From NCBI GenBank assembly GCA_038885615.1, contig JAVZZP010000001.1:198646-262645 (forward strand): a DNA stretch of 64,000 bases, given 5' to 3'. Made by a program: the position numbers and the translations under genes. This document shows, piece by piece, positions 1-8,592 of the stretch. The notes beneath the pieces were generated by a model that was given only the letters and a program-made list of their open reading frames with translations, was not told the DNA's origin and made no database searches. Origin of the DNA: Candidatus Pacearchaeota archaeon. Lineage in GTDB: Archaea; Nanobdellota; Nanobdellia; Pacearchaeales; GW2011-AR1. The first letter of the stretch is position 1, and every line of letters begins with the position of its first letter.

Positions 1-666
1 GCTTCTGCCAAATAATCTCTTGAAGAAGCATCCAATTTTACTCCAAAATCCTTGTGGTTTTGGTGTTGGATTTGGTCTTTGATTGTTTACAATCGGCTTA
101 TCAAATGTTTCAATTTTATTTGGTTGACCATTATTATACTCAGAAGTTTGTTTTGATTTGTAAACAATTAATTTTCCATCTGAAAATCCTGCAATTGAAT
201 ATTCAATTGTTTCTTTTATTAGAGGGTTGCTTTCATCAACATAACCTCCATAAGGTTCTACATCTTCTAACAAAAGAGTTAAATCAGAAGGAGAATAAAC
301 ATCCATATAAACAGGATTACCTGCATTATCTCTTCCTCCAGTTACAACTTTCTTAGATTCTAATTTTAAATTTTTGAGGTCAAGAGTATTAAATTTTTCT
401 TTTGTTGTCCAATAAACATTCAATGAATTAAATTTATATCCTTTTTCTAAGCAAGCACCATTTTGTATTTGATATGCTTCATAGGTATCAACCATAGGTC
501 CAGTATAATAACCTATTAAAACCACATCTGAAAATTCATTTAGATTTACAAATTTAACACATCTGTCTAATGGATGAGAATTTTCAGGAATAACATCAGC
601 AGAAACTAAAAAAGCCAAACTAACCAAAGTTAGTAAAGCGATTGGCAAAATTATTTTTTTATTCAT
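1..666 (-). CDS. secreted hypothetical protein (N-terminal signal peptide), 3' partial at window edge
   Basis: Minus-strand ORF starts at ATG 664-666 and runs open in frame to base 1 (checked by hand, no stops). N-terminus MNKKIILPIALLTLVSLAFLVSA looks like a signal peptide. It is not in the ORF track because it runs off the window. Confidence 0.5.
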   Translation of the reverse strand, partial: MNKKIILPIALLTLVSLAFLVSADVIPENSHPLDRCVKFVNLNEFSDVVLIGYYTGPMVDTYEAYQIQNGACLEKGYKFNSLNVYWTTKEKFNTLDLKNLKLESKKVVTGGRDNAGNPVYMDVYSPSDLTLLLEDVEPYGGYVDESNPLIKETIEYSIAGFSDGKLIVYKSKQTSEYNNGQPNKIETFDKPIVNNQRPNPTPKPQGFWSKIGCFFKRLFGRS

Positions 667-699
667 CTTAACATATAAATTCAAAACATATTTATAAAT

Positions 700-990
700 C
701 TTTGTTTTTCGTTTCGTCTTTTTCACACGAGCAAAGCGAGTGCGAGGTGGGGCTTCTGACTTTTCTCGTCGGTAAATTGAAAATCCTATTGGGAAGAACC
801 TATGCGATTTAACGATGTTTTTTCGAACGAAGTGAGAAAAAATATGGGTCGAAGGTGCAACCTCGGAGCCGTTAAATTGTTGTTATGTGCCCTGAGCGAT
901 TAGCGAAGGTTGATTTTTAGTGCAACGTTCCGCAGGAAAAAATCGAAGTTTGCCCCCGAGCGTTTTTTAGTTAGTCGTCAGGAAATCCCA
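700..990. other. GC-rich (~50% GC) noncoding island downstream of copA; candidate structured RNA or att-like element
   Basis: The copA to secreted-protein intergenic region is far more GC-rich than the ~30% GC context. It contains gtgcaac and cgaagg sub-repeats and a 14-nt repeat (704-717) shared with the island at 5029-5042. Confidence 0.3.
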
Positions 991-997
991 ACTATTT

Positions 998-2911
998 TTA
1001 TAATTTCTTTCTATATTTTTTCATTAATAGAGAATTTGAAACAACAGAAACAGAACTAAAAGCCATAGCTATTCCTGCAATAATTGGGTTAAGTAAAAAT
1101 CCTGTGAATGGATATAACAAACCAGCAGCTATAGGTATGCCCATAGAATTGTAAAAAAATGCCCAGAAAAGATTTTGTTTAATCTTTTTTATAGTATAAT
1201 TACTTAAATCTATTGCAGTTACCACATCTCTTAAATCATTTTTAACCAACACAATTTGCCCAGTTTCAAGCGCAACATCTGTTCCTGCACCTATTGCAAT
1301 ACCTATATCTGCCCTAGCAAGTGCCGGAGCATCATTGATACCATCACCAACCATCGCTACGATCTTACCCTTTTTCTGTAACTTACTAATCTCTTTTTCT
1401 TTATCTTCAGGCAGAACTTCAGCTAAAACATAATCTATACCAAGCTGCCTTGCAATCGCATTTGCTGTCCTTTTATTATCACCAGTAATCATAATTACTT
1501 CTTTACCCATTTTATGTAGTTTTTGAACAGCCTCTTTAGAAAACTCTTTTAAAGTATCTGCAACGGCAATCAGACCAACAACTTTTCTATTAACTGCTAA
1601 AATCATAACTGTTTTCCCTTCATTTTCTAAATTACTTATTTTTTCTTCAAATGTTTCAATTTTTATTTTATGCTTTTTCATTAAATTTCTATTACCAAAA
1701 AGAATCTCGTTTTTATTGTACTTCGCGATGATTCCATGTCCCGGGATTGCTTTAAAGAATTTAGCATCTGGAATTTTCATTTTTTCTTCTCTGGCTTTGT
1801 TAATAATGGAGTCTGCAAGAGGATGTTCTGATTTTTTTTCCGAAATAGCAGCATATTTTAGAATCTCTTTTTTATCTAATCTACCTACTGCTAAAATATC
1901 TGTAACCACTGGTTTTCCTTCTGTTAAAGTTCCTGTTTTATCAAAAACAATAGTTGTTAATTTATGCGCGTTTTCTAAAGCTTCTGCACCTTTAATTAAT
2001 ATTCCATTTTCTGCGCCTTTCCCTGTCCCAACCATTATTGCCGTTGGGGTTGCAAGACCCAAAGCACAAGGACATGCTATAATTAAAACTGCTATGAAAA
2101 TGCTCAGCGAAAAAACAAAACTTTCTCCTAAAATAAAATACCAAAATATAAAAGCTAAAATTGCAATACTAATAACCGCTGGGACAAAATAGCTACTCAC
2201 TTTATCTGCTAATCTTTGGATTGGTGCTTTGCTTCCTTGAGCTTCCTCTACTAATTTTATTATTTGATTAAGAGCAGTATCTTTTCCAACCTTAGTTGCT
2301 TTGAATTTGAATGAACCATGTTTATTGATTGTTGCCCCTATTACTGTATCCCCTTTCTTTTTTTCTATAGGCATACTTTCCCCTGTTATCATAGATTCAT
2401 CAACAGAAGAAATACCATCTATAACTATTCCATCAACAGGTATTTTTTGTCCTGGTTTTACTACGATAATATCCCCAACAATAACTTCATTAATTGGAAT
2501 TTGCACTTCTTTACCATCTCTGATAACAATCGCATTCTTCGGTTGTAAGCCCATTAGTTTTTTTATGGCTTCTGATGCCTTCCCTTTTGTTACAGCTTCA
2601 AGCCATTTTCCAAGAATAATAAATGTTATTATTATGGAAGAAGTCTCAAAATAAACATTATCTCCTAGAATATTAGGGAAGAGTACAACAAAAAAGCTGT
2701 AAAAGTAAGCAGCAGATGTTCCTATAGCTATCAAAGTGTCCATGTTTGCAGTTTTTGCTTTCAACGCTAAAAATGCTCCTCTATAGAATCTGTATCCAAC
2801 AATAAACTGGATAGGAGTTGCAAGCAGAAGGAGTATTATATTTTTGTATGGAATTTCTATATTCAACCATTCAAATGGCATTGCAATTAAAAAGATTGGG
2901 ATTGATAACAA
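998..2911 (-). CDS. copA: copper-translocating P1B-type ATPase CopA (ATPase body), in frame with the upstream HMA ORF across a TAG
   Basis: Motifs CPC ([13 protein letters not shown]), DKTGT (FDKTGTLT), MITGDN and [10 protein letters not shown]. No HMA domain and no ATG start. The listed start is TTG, preceded by 39 open codons up to TAG 3029-3031. Confidence 0.9.
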   Translation of the reverse strand: MLSIPIFLIAMPFEWLNIEIPYKNIILLLLATPIQFIVGYRFYRGAFLALKAKTANMDTLIAIGTSAAYFYSFFVVLFPNILGDNVYFETSSIIITFIILGKWLEAVTKGKASEAIKKLMGLQPKNAIVIRDGKEVQIPINEVIVGDIIVVKPGQKIPVDGIVIDGISSVDESMITGESMPIEKKKGDTVIGATINKHGSFKFKATKVGKDTALNQIIKLVEEAQGSKAPIQRLADKVSSYFVPAVISIAILAFIFWYFILGESFVFSLSIFIAVLIIACPCALGLATPTAIMVGTGKGAENGILIKGAEALENAHKLTTIVFDKTGTLTEGKPVVTDILAVGRLDKKEILKYAAISEKKSEHPLADSIINKAREEKMKIPDAKFFKAIPGHGIIAKYNKNEILFGNRNLMKKHKIKIETFEEKISNLENEGKTVMILAVNRKVVGLIAVADTLKEFSKEAVQKLHKMGKEVIMITGDNKRTANAIARQLGIDYVLAEVLPEDKEKEISKLQKKGKIVAMVGDGINDAPALARADIGIAIGAGTDVALETGQIVLVKNDLRDVVTAIDLSNYTIKKIKQNLFWAFFYNSMGIPIAAGLLYPFTGFLLNPIIAGIAMAFSSVSVVSNSLLMKKYRKKL

Positions 2912-3028
2912 TAAAGAAAAAAGAAATGAAGATTTTAATGTTTTAATATCTTTTTCTCTAACTTCCTTTTCCCTATCAACAGCTTTTCCTGCTTCGTGAT
3001 CAACTTCTTTAATAACCTTATATCCTAA

Positions 3029-3214
3029 CTATTCAATAACATTATTTATCTCATTTTCATTAACCAAAGCTTCATTAAATTCAACAGTTGCTTTTTCTGT
3101 TGCGAAGTTAACATTTGCTTTAATAATTCCATCTAATTTTTTGAGGTTTGATTCTATCTTTTGTGCGCAAGAGGCACAATGCATGCCTGAGATTGGGATT
3201 ATTATTTTTTTCAT
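3029..3214 (-). CDS. copZ: heavy-metal-associated (HMA) copper chaperone CopZ-like domain ORF
   Basis: GMHCASC metal-binding motif. SD-like ggaggt lies upstream of ATG at 3214. Terminates with TAG 3029-3031 in the same frame as copA. Confidence 0.8.
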   Translation of the reverse strand: MKKIIIPISGMHCASCAQKIESNLKKLDGIIKANVNFATEKATVEFNEALVNENEINNVIE

Positions 3215-3328
3215 TTTTTTACCTCCTAAAACCACAACCACATCCTCCACCACTCCCCCACAACTTCCACTACCTCAGCAGCAACCTCCACCAGTAATCG
3301 GTTGTTCATTAGTAGTTTGTTGGCTGCT

Positions 3329-3982
3329 TTATTTAATTGAAGAATCATCTAAGACTGTTGCTTTGTAAGTGTTGAAAACATCCAATGAAAGTATTTCCTG
3401 CTTTGATGTTTTTGTGGAATCATAACTTATTGTGAATATGTTTGGGAATTTAAATTCTGTGTTTGTAATACCATCAATTTTATTCAGCTCTCCAGTTATT
3501 AGCGGAGCATGACCCGGACAAGGAATTGCAACTTGAATTGTTAAGGTAGATTGCGAGCCTTGGACCCCTACAAATGCGCCAGTTACTGTTGGATTTGAGA
3601 TTAAATTTGTTGCATAAGGAAAGATTATCATAAATAAAAACAAATTAGTCAAGATTGTTGTACCGTAAAGTATTGTTAGATATTTCCATTTTCTTTTAAT
3701 TCCTGAAATCGATAGTATTTCATTTCTTTTTAGATATATAATTGCTGAAATTGTAGCAAAAACAAAAGATAATCCTATCAAGATGTAAAAGAAATAGGGG
3801 TTAAGCAACAATGGCTTAAAGAAAGTTGTCATAGCTGTTACGCCTAAAACAGTAAAGACAATAAAAGCTATGCAACCGAAGTGTGGGATTAAACCATAAA
3901 CTATTCCTGCCAAAAATCCCTTTCCTTCTTTCTTATCAACTTTCTTACAACAATCTGGTTTTTCGTTATTTGAATTATCCAT
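3329..3982 (-). CDS. polytopic membrane protein with Cys motifs (DCCKK, PCPGH), function unknown, in cop operon
   Basis: Several hydrophobic helices; Cys-rich N- and C-terminal segments. Co-oriented between copZ and the thioredoxin-like gene. Confidence 0.35.
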   Translation of the reverse strand: MDNSNNEKPDCCKKVDKKEGKGFLAGIVYGLIPHFGCIAFIVFTVLGVTAMTTFFKPLLLNPYFFYILIGLSFVFATISAIIYLKRNEILSISGIKRKWKYLTILYGTTILTNLFLFMIIFPYATNLISNPTVTGAFVGVQGSQSTLTIQVAIPCPGHAPLITGELNKIDGITNTEFKFPNIFTISYDSTKTSKQEILSLDVFNTYKATVLDDSSIK

Positions 3983-4031
3983 AAAAAACTAACAACTGAA
4001 ACAGCTTATTAATCTTTGTATGAAACTAGTT

Positions 4032-4406
4032 TCACTGCAAATTTTTCTTAATGGCTTCTTTAATTATTTCCTTTGGCGGATAAGGATATTTTTTACCCTT
4101 ATAGAAATAAATTCTACATCCACAACTACATTCTTGTTTCACAAATGGGGTTGCTCTTTTGGTGTGTTCAGCAAGTTCTTCACATGGTAAACATCTACTC
4201 TTGCTAATTTCTTCTTGAATATCCTTTCCATTAATTCTGATAGTTGGTGAACCACTAAAATTATATTTATTTGCTTTTTTATCTGAATCGATCAAAATCT
4301 CTTTAACATCAGCTTTTACTTTAAGTTCTCTCAAACTTTTTCTAATCAATTCTTTAGTCTTTAGACACCAAGGACAATCCAAAATGTATAAAAGTTCAAT
4401 TTTCAT
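4032..4406 (-). CDS. thioredoxin-fold protein (CPWC active-site motif) with Cys-rich C-terminus
   Basis: LDCPWC motif in glutaredoxin/thioredoxin-like context; C-terminal CxCGC. Confidence 0.5.
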   Translation of the reverse strand: MKIELLYILDCPWCLKTKELIRKSLRELKVKADVKEILIDSDKKANKYNFSGSPTIRINGKDIQEEISKSRCLPCEELAEHTKRATPFVKQECSCGCRIYFYKGKKYPYPPKEIIKEAIKKNLQ

Positions 4407-4409
4407 AGT

Positions 4410-4922
4410 TTATCCCTTTTGTTTTAATATAACAACATTAGTCATACCTCGTCTTTTTCTTTCAACTAATCCCTTGCCTTCTAATTTATCAAGAATTCTT
4501 GTAATTTTAACTTTAGTGAATTTTGTTTTATCTACTAAATCTGATTGAAAAATAGTTCCTTCAGATTCAATTATTTTCTCAAAAACTTGTTTTTCATCAT
4601 TATCAAGCTTGCTTAATATTTTTTGATAATGTTCTTTTGCGATTTTCTTTGGTTCAATTTGTTGTTTTATTGCTTTGACTTTAGTTATTATTTTCTCTTC
4701 TTTCCCGAAGAAAATTAGATATAATCCAACTATTACAATAAAAACCATTATTCCTATGCTTACATTAGTCTGGAAATTTATAGAACCCCACATGGGGCAA
4801 GTAGGACCGTGTTCACACGATTTATTAACAATATTGGTCATTGCTCTATTGAAGGAAAATATTATAAAACCCATTAATGCAACTATTCCTAAAACCATAA
4901 ATCCTGCAATTCTATTCTTCAT
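4410..4922 (-). CDS. membrane-anchored winged-helix transcriptional regulator (2 TM flanking a CEHGPTCPMW motif, C-terminal wHTH)
   Basis: N-terminal TM, Cys/His/Met-rich loop, second TM, then a MarR/ArsR-like wHTH (KITRILDKLEGKGLVERKRRG). First gene of the minus-strand cop operon. Confidence 0.5.
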   Translation of the reverse strand: MKNRIAGFMVLGIVALMGFIIFSFNRAMTNIVNKSCEHGPTCPMWGSINFQTNVSIGIMVFIVIVGLYLIFFGKEEKIITKVKAIKQQIEPKKIAKEHYQKILSKLDNDEKQVFEKIIESEGTIFQSDLVDKTKFTKVKITRILDKLEGKGLVERKRRGMTNVVILKQKG

Positions 4923-4984
4923 ATTTATAATGTAATTGTTACTCTTTAAAAAGTTTCTTTTTTGTTTTACTATTATTCTGTCAA

Positions 4985-5065
4985 GGATAGGCTATGTATA
5001 CTGAAGGGACTCTGCGGGGCTTCCGTTCGTTTTTCGTTTCGTAGCGAGGGGGCAAATTGCAACTA
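4985..5065. other. GC-rich noncoding island between cop operon and integrase; contains a direct repeat of the 704-717 sequence
   Basis: gcggggcttccgttcgtttttcgtttcgtagcgagggggcaaattgc. The 14-mer gtttttcgtttcgt at 5029-5042 is identical to 704-717. ggggcttc is also shared. Confidence 0.35.
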
Positions 5066-5133
5066 ACACCTATTTCACTAATAAAAAATAAGGGAAATAA
5101 TAATATTTAAATAGTTTTTGGATAAAAATAGAT

Positions 5134-5929
5134 ATGGAAGATTTACTTAAAAATAAAGAGGAAATAATTCTAAAACTTAAAGAAGAATTAAAATTGAGAA
5201 AATACTCTCCAAGAACGATAGATAAATATACTTACATAATCTGCAAGTTCCTAAATTCTGGTAAAAGCATAAGAGAATTTTTGCTCGCTTATTCAGACAA
5301 GAGCAGATCTAGTGCAAGAACAGTATATTTTGCACTTCAGTTTTTATATAAGAATATCCTTAATATACCTTTTAAAGAAAAAGTACCTTTAATTAAAAGA
5401 AAAATCACATTACCTAATGTAATTAACAAAAAAGAAGTAACATCGATGATTAGTTCAACAAAAAATATGCAACATAGATTAATTTTAATGTTCTTATATT
5501 ATTCTGGACTAAGACTCCATGAACTTTTAAATTTAAAATGGGAAAATCTCGATTTTGAAAGAAAAACAATCAATTTAAAAATAGCTAAAAGAAGAACATC
5601 AGAGAACTATATTTTTGCATGAAAAGATAATAGAATTCCTAAAAATAGCTGGAATTAAAAAACAAGGATTAATTTTTATGTCTAATAGAAATAAAAAATA
5701 TTCAGAGGAATCTATTCAACAGATAGTTAAAGAAGCTGCAAAAAGAACAAACATTAAAAAAAGAGTCACTCCTCATACTTTAAGACATAGTTTCGCTACT
5801 CACCTACTGGAAGCAGGAGCAGATATAAGATATATTCAACAGCTTCTAGGTCACAAAAACCTACAAACGACACAAATCTATACTCATGTAGCAAATAGAG
5901 ATATAAATAAATTTGCAAATTTGCTTTAA
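5134..5929 (+). pseudogene. tyrosine recombinase/integrase (XerC/D family) disrupted by a frameshift in a TTTTT run near 5612-5616
   Basis: Two overlapping ORFs (5134-5622 and 5615-5929). Together they give an R...HxxR...Y recombinase ([27 protein letters not shown]). Removing one T restores ...[11 protein letters not shown]..., which aligns with the intact paralog at 42405-43286. Confidence 0.8.
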
Positions 5930-5951
5930 TAAAGTAAAAATAACTCAAAAA

Positions 5952-6536
5952 TCAAACTCCTTGCCTATCTAACTCATTATGTATCAAAACAAAAACATGC
6001 GAAGCAAAAAGTGTTTTGGGAGAAACAGAAATTTTGTCTATTCTTTTTAATAAATGCCTTTTTTCATAAGGAAAACCTTCGTGATCGCCGATCAAAAAAA
6101 CCTCGTTTCCTCTAAATTGAATTTCTCTTATATCCTGGCCTTTTTTATCCAACAAAAAAATGTTTTTTCCTTGAGAATCGAGCTCTTCAATCAGCTCATT
6201 AAGTGATTTTTTTTCAACAAAAACTCCGGGAAAAGCACTTACAATTTTTCCTTTCTCTTTAGGGCATTTGAACAAAATTCTTTTAATCAAACCTGCAACA
6301 TCTTTTTTCGAAAGAGGCAAGTCTTGATGATATTCAATAATTATATGAACCGGAGGGTTTGGTTTTCCCTCAAAAACCAGATGTAATTTTGTGTCTTTTC
6401 TCATATCATGCGAAAGAAAAAAACAGGAAATAATAACATTAATTGCAATATCCATTCTTCCTGCCGCCATTAAATCATTTTTTATCAAAGCGCCAGAAGT
6501 GACTGCTGATTTTGAGTAATAAATAAATTCTCTCAT
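5952..6536 (-). CDS. trmY: tRNA (pseudouridine54-N1)-methyltransferase TrmY (SPOUT class)
   Basis: MREFI...GRMD...FFLSHD...PNPPV...IGDHEGF...SLSP..L.A.H..V.IHNELD matches the Mja_1640-type TrmY family. True start is the ATG at 6536; the longer listed ORF is an upstream extension. Confidence 0.7.
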   Translation of the reverse strand: MREFIYYSKSAVTSGALIKNDLMAAGRMDIAINVIISCFFLSHDMRKDTKLHLVFEGKPNPPVHIIIEYHQDLPLSKKDVAGLIKRILFKCPKEKGKIVSAFPGVFVEKKSLNELIEELDSQGKNIFLLDKKGQDIREIQFRGNEVFLIGDHEGFPYEKRHLLKRIDKISVSPKTLFASHVFVLIHNELDRQGV

Positions 6537-6605
6537 AAAAAAAGAAAGAAAAAAGAGTTTAAAAGATTTAGTAAGGTTTTTATATTGAATTTTCCCGATA
6601 TAAAC

Positions 6606-8048
6606 ATGACAAAAAAATTTTATGTCACAACAGCAATAGACTACCCTAACTCTGATCCACATTTGGGGCATGCTTATCAAAAAATTATAGCCGATGTTTT
6701 AGCTAGATGGCACAAAGTTTTGGGAGAAAAAGTTTGGTTTCTTACTGGAACTGACGAACATGGAAAAAAATTGCAGAGAGAAGCAGAAAAAAATGGCAAA
6801 ACACCTAGAGAATTTGTTGATGAACAGGCATTAAAATTTAAAGAAGCCTGGAAATTCCTTAATATTGAATACGATAGATTCATAAGAACTACGGACGAAG
6901 ACCATGAAAAACTTGTTCAAGAAGTTATTGAAAAATGCAAAAAAAATGATGATATATACTTGGGAGAATATGAAGGTTATTATTGCGTTGGTTGTGAAGG
7001 ATATCTAACAGAAAAAGATCTAGTTGACGGAAAATGTCCTTATCATAAAAAAGAACCTGAGTTAATAAAAGAGGAAAGTTATTTTTTTAGATTGAGCAAA
7101 TATCAAAAATTTCTTCTTGAGCTTTATGAAAAAAATCCAAAGTTTGTCTTGCCTGAAGAAAGAAAAAATGAGATTGTTTCAAGAATAAAAGAAGGTTTAA
7201 AAGATTTAAGTATTTCAAGAACAAGCTTTAATTGGGGTGTTCCTTTTCCAGGAGACAAAAAGCATGTTGTTTATGTTTGGTTTGATGCTTTATTTAATTA
7301 TATCAGTGGTGCAGGAAAAAATAGTGAATTCTGGCCGGCAGATGTCCATTTATTAGGGAAAGACAATGGTTGGTTTCATGGAGTTTATTGGCCTGCTTTC
7401 TTAAAATCTGCCGGTTATGAACTTCCTAAAACAGTTTTCGTTCATGGTTTTCTTTCTTTTAACGGACAAAAGATAAGCAAAAGTTTAGGTAATGGTATAT
7501 CTCCGAAATACTTAGTTGAAAAATACGGGAGTGACACAATAAGATATTTTATTTGCAGACAATTTCCTTTTGCCGAAGGAAAAGATGGGGACTTTTCTGA
7601 AAAAGCATTGATAGACAGACATAATAATGAGCTTGCAAACAAATGGGGGAATCTTGTTTCTAGAACCTCTGCTTTAATAGAAAAAAAAGGGATAGAAAAA
7701 TGCGAAAATTCCCTAAAAAGAAAGATAGATATAGAAAAAATAAAAAATCTTTTTGAGAACTTTGAAATAGACAAGGTTTTGAATGAAATTTTTGGTTTCA
7801 TAGATGAATGCAACGAATATTTGCAGCAAAAAAAACCCTGGGAAACAAAAAACAAAGAAGTTTTATACGAAATTGCTGATTCAATAAAAATTATCTCTAT
7901 TTTGCTTTGGCCTTTTATGCCTTCCTCCTCGGAAAGTGTTGCAAAACAATTTGGGTTTAAAGTCGGTTTTGATAGCTTGAAAGAAATTGATAAAACTCTG
8001 TCCTTAAGAGAAATAAAAAAAGAAGAGGCATTATTTAAAAAAATTTAA
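6606..8048 (+). CDS. metG: methionyl-tRNA synthetase (catalytic core, no C-terminal tRNA-binding domain)
   Basis: HIGH-type motif (HLGHAY) and KMSKS motif (KISKSLGN). TATA-like tttatatt about 25 nt upstream of ATG 6606 suggests a leaderless start; the listed 6585 start is TTG. Confidence 0.9.
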   Translation: MTKKFYVTTAIDYPNSDPHLGHAYQKIIADVLARWHKVLGEKVWFLTGTDEHGKKLQREAEKNGKTPREFVDEQALKFKEAWKFLNIEYDRFIRTTDEDHEKLVQEVIEKCKKNDDIYLGEYEGYYCVGCEGYLTEKDLVDGKCPYHKKEPELIKEESYFFRLSKYQKFLLELYEKNPKFVLPEERKNEIVSRIKEGLKDLSISRTSFNWGVPFPGDKKHVVYVWFDALFNYISGAGKNSEFWPADVHLLGKDNGWFHGVYWPAFLKSAGYELPKTVFVHGFLSFNGQKISKSLGNGISPKYLVEKYGSDTIRYFICRQFPFAEGKDGDFSEKALIDRHNNELANKWGNLVSRTSALIEKKGIEKCENSLKRKIDIEKIKNLFENFEIDKVLNEIFGFIDECNEYLQQKKPWETKNKEVLYEIADSIKIISILLWPFMPSSSESVAKQFGFKVGFDSLKEIDKTLSLREIKKEEALFKKI

Positions 8049-8072
8049 AAAGAGGAAAAAGCTAAGAATAAA

Positions 8073-8492
8073 ATGAAAAAAGAGGAAAATATTGAAGAAA
8101 AGAAGATTGTAAAAACAAAAAAAATTCCTAGAAGTTTTTTATATGTTTTAACTATTGTTAGTGTTTTAGGTTTTTTAGGAATAGCTAGCAAAACTTTATT
8201 TGAAAAAAACATTGACAAATACATAGAAATTCTCTGGCTTTTTGTTTTTGGTTTTGGATTATTAATCGAAGCAGATTTGAAAAGGCTTTTCAGAATAAAA
8301 AAAACCGGAATAACATCTGAAAAATTTAGGGGGCTTGTAACTGCTATTTTGGGATGTTTAGCAATATTGACCGGAATAATTCTTTTGCCGAAAATTAATA
8401 TAATAACCCCTGCTTTGTTGGCAGTCCAAGGAATAATCTCGGTTATTGCAATAATTTTTATAATAATACAAACAGTTGTTTTGAAGGATTAA
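8073..8492 (+). CDS. small membrane protein (4 predicted TM), hypothetical
   Basis: Hydrophobic helices; no recognisable motif. Confidence 0.35.
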   Translation: MKKEENIEEKKIVKTKKIPRSFLYVLTIVSVLGFLGIASKTLFEKNIDKYIEILWLFVFGFGLLIEADLKRLFRIKKTGITSEKFRGLVTAILGCLAILTGIILLPKINIITPALLAVQGIISVIAIIFIIIQTVVLKD

Positions 8493-8592
8493 TTTATTGA
8501 TGTGATAATATTTTAAAAGAGGTCTATGAGGTTCATGAAGTTAGATCGTATTAACTCAAAACTAAACCGATTTTTTAACTAATAAAAAATTC

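Noticed and set aside
54-356. Plus-strand 100-aa ORF
   Set aside because: Low-complexity translation lying antisense to a clean, longer minus-strand secreted-protein ORF (1-666); judged spurious.
700-990. RNase P or SRP RNA identity for the GC-rich island
   Set aside because: Could not find the conserved P4/CR-I (GGAAAGUCC-like) or SRP domain IV (GGAAG...AGCA) boxes by eye. Left as an unassigned candidate pending an Rfam scan.
1716-2654. Three plus-strand ORFs (158, 117 and 76 aa)
   Set aside because: Antisense to copA with no domain features.
3215-3253. MVEDVVVVLGGKK extension of the CopZ ORF
   Set aside because: The SD-like ggaggt sits inside it, just upstream of the internal ATG at 3214. 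The HMA domain begins at MKKIIIPISGMHC.
6537-6680. N-terminal 48-aa extension of the TrmY ORF
   Set aside because: The extension is Cys-rich junk that overlaps the metG start. The conserved TrmY N-terminus begins at MREFI (ATG at 6536).
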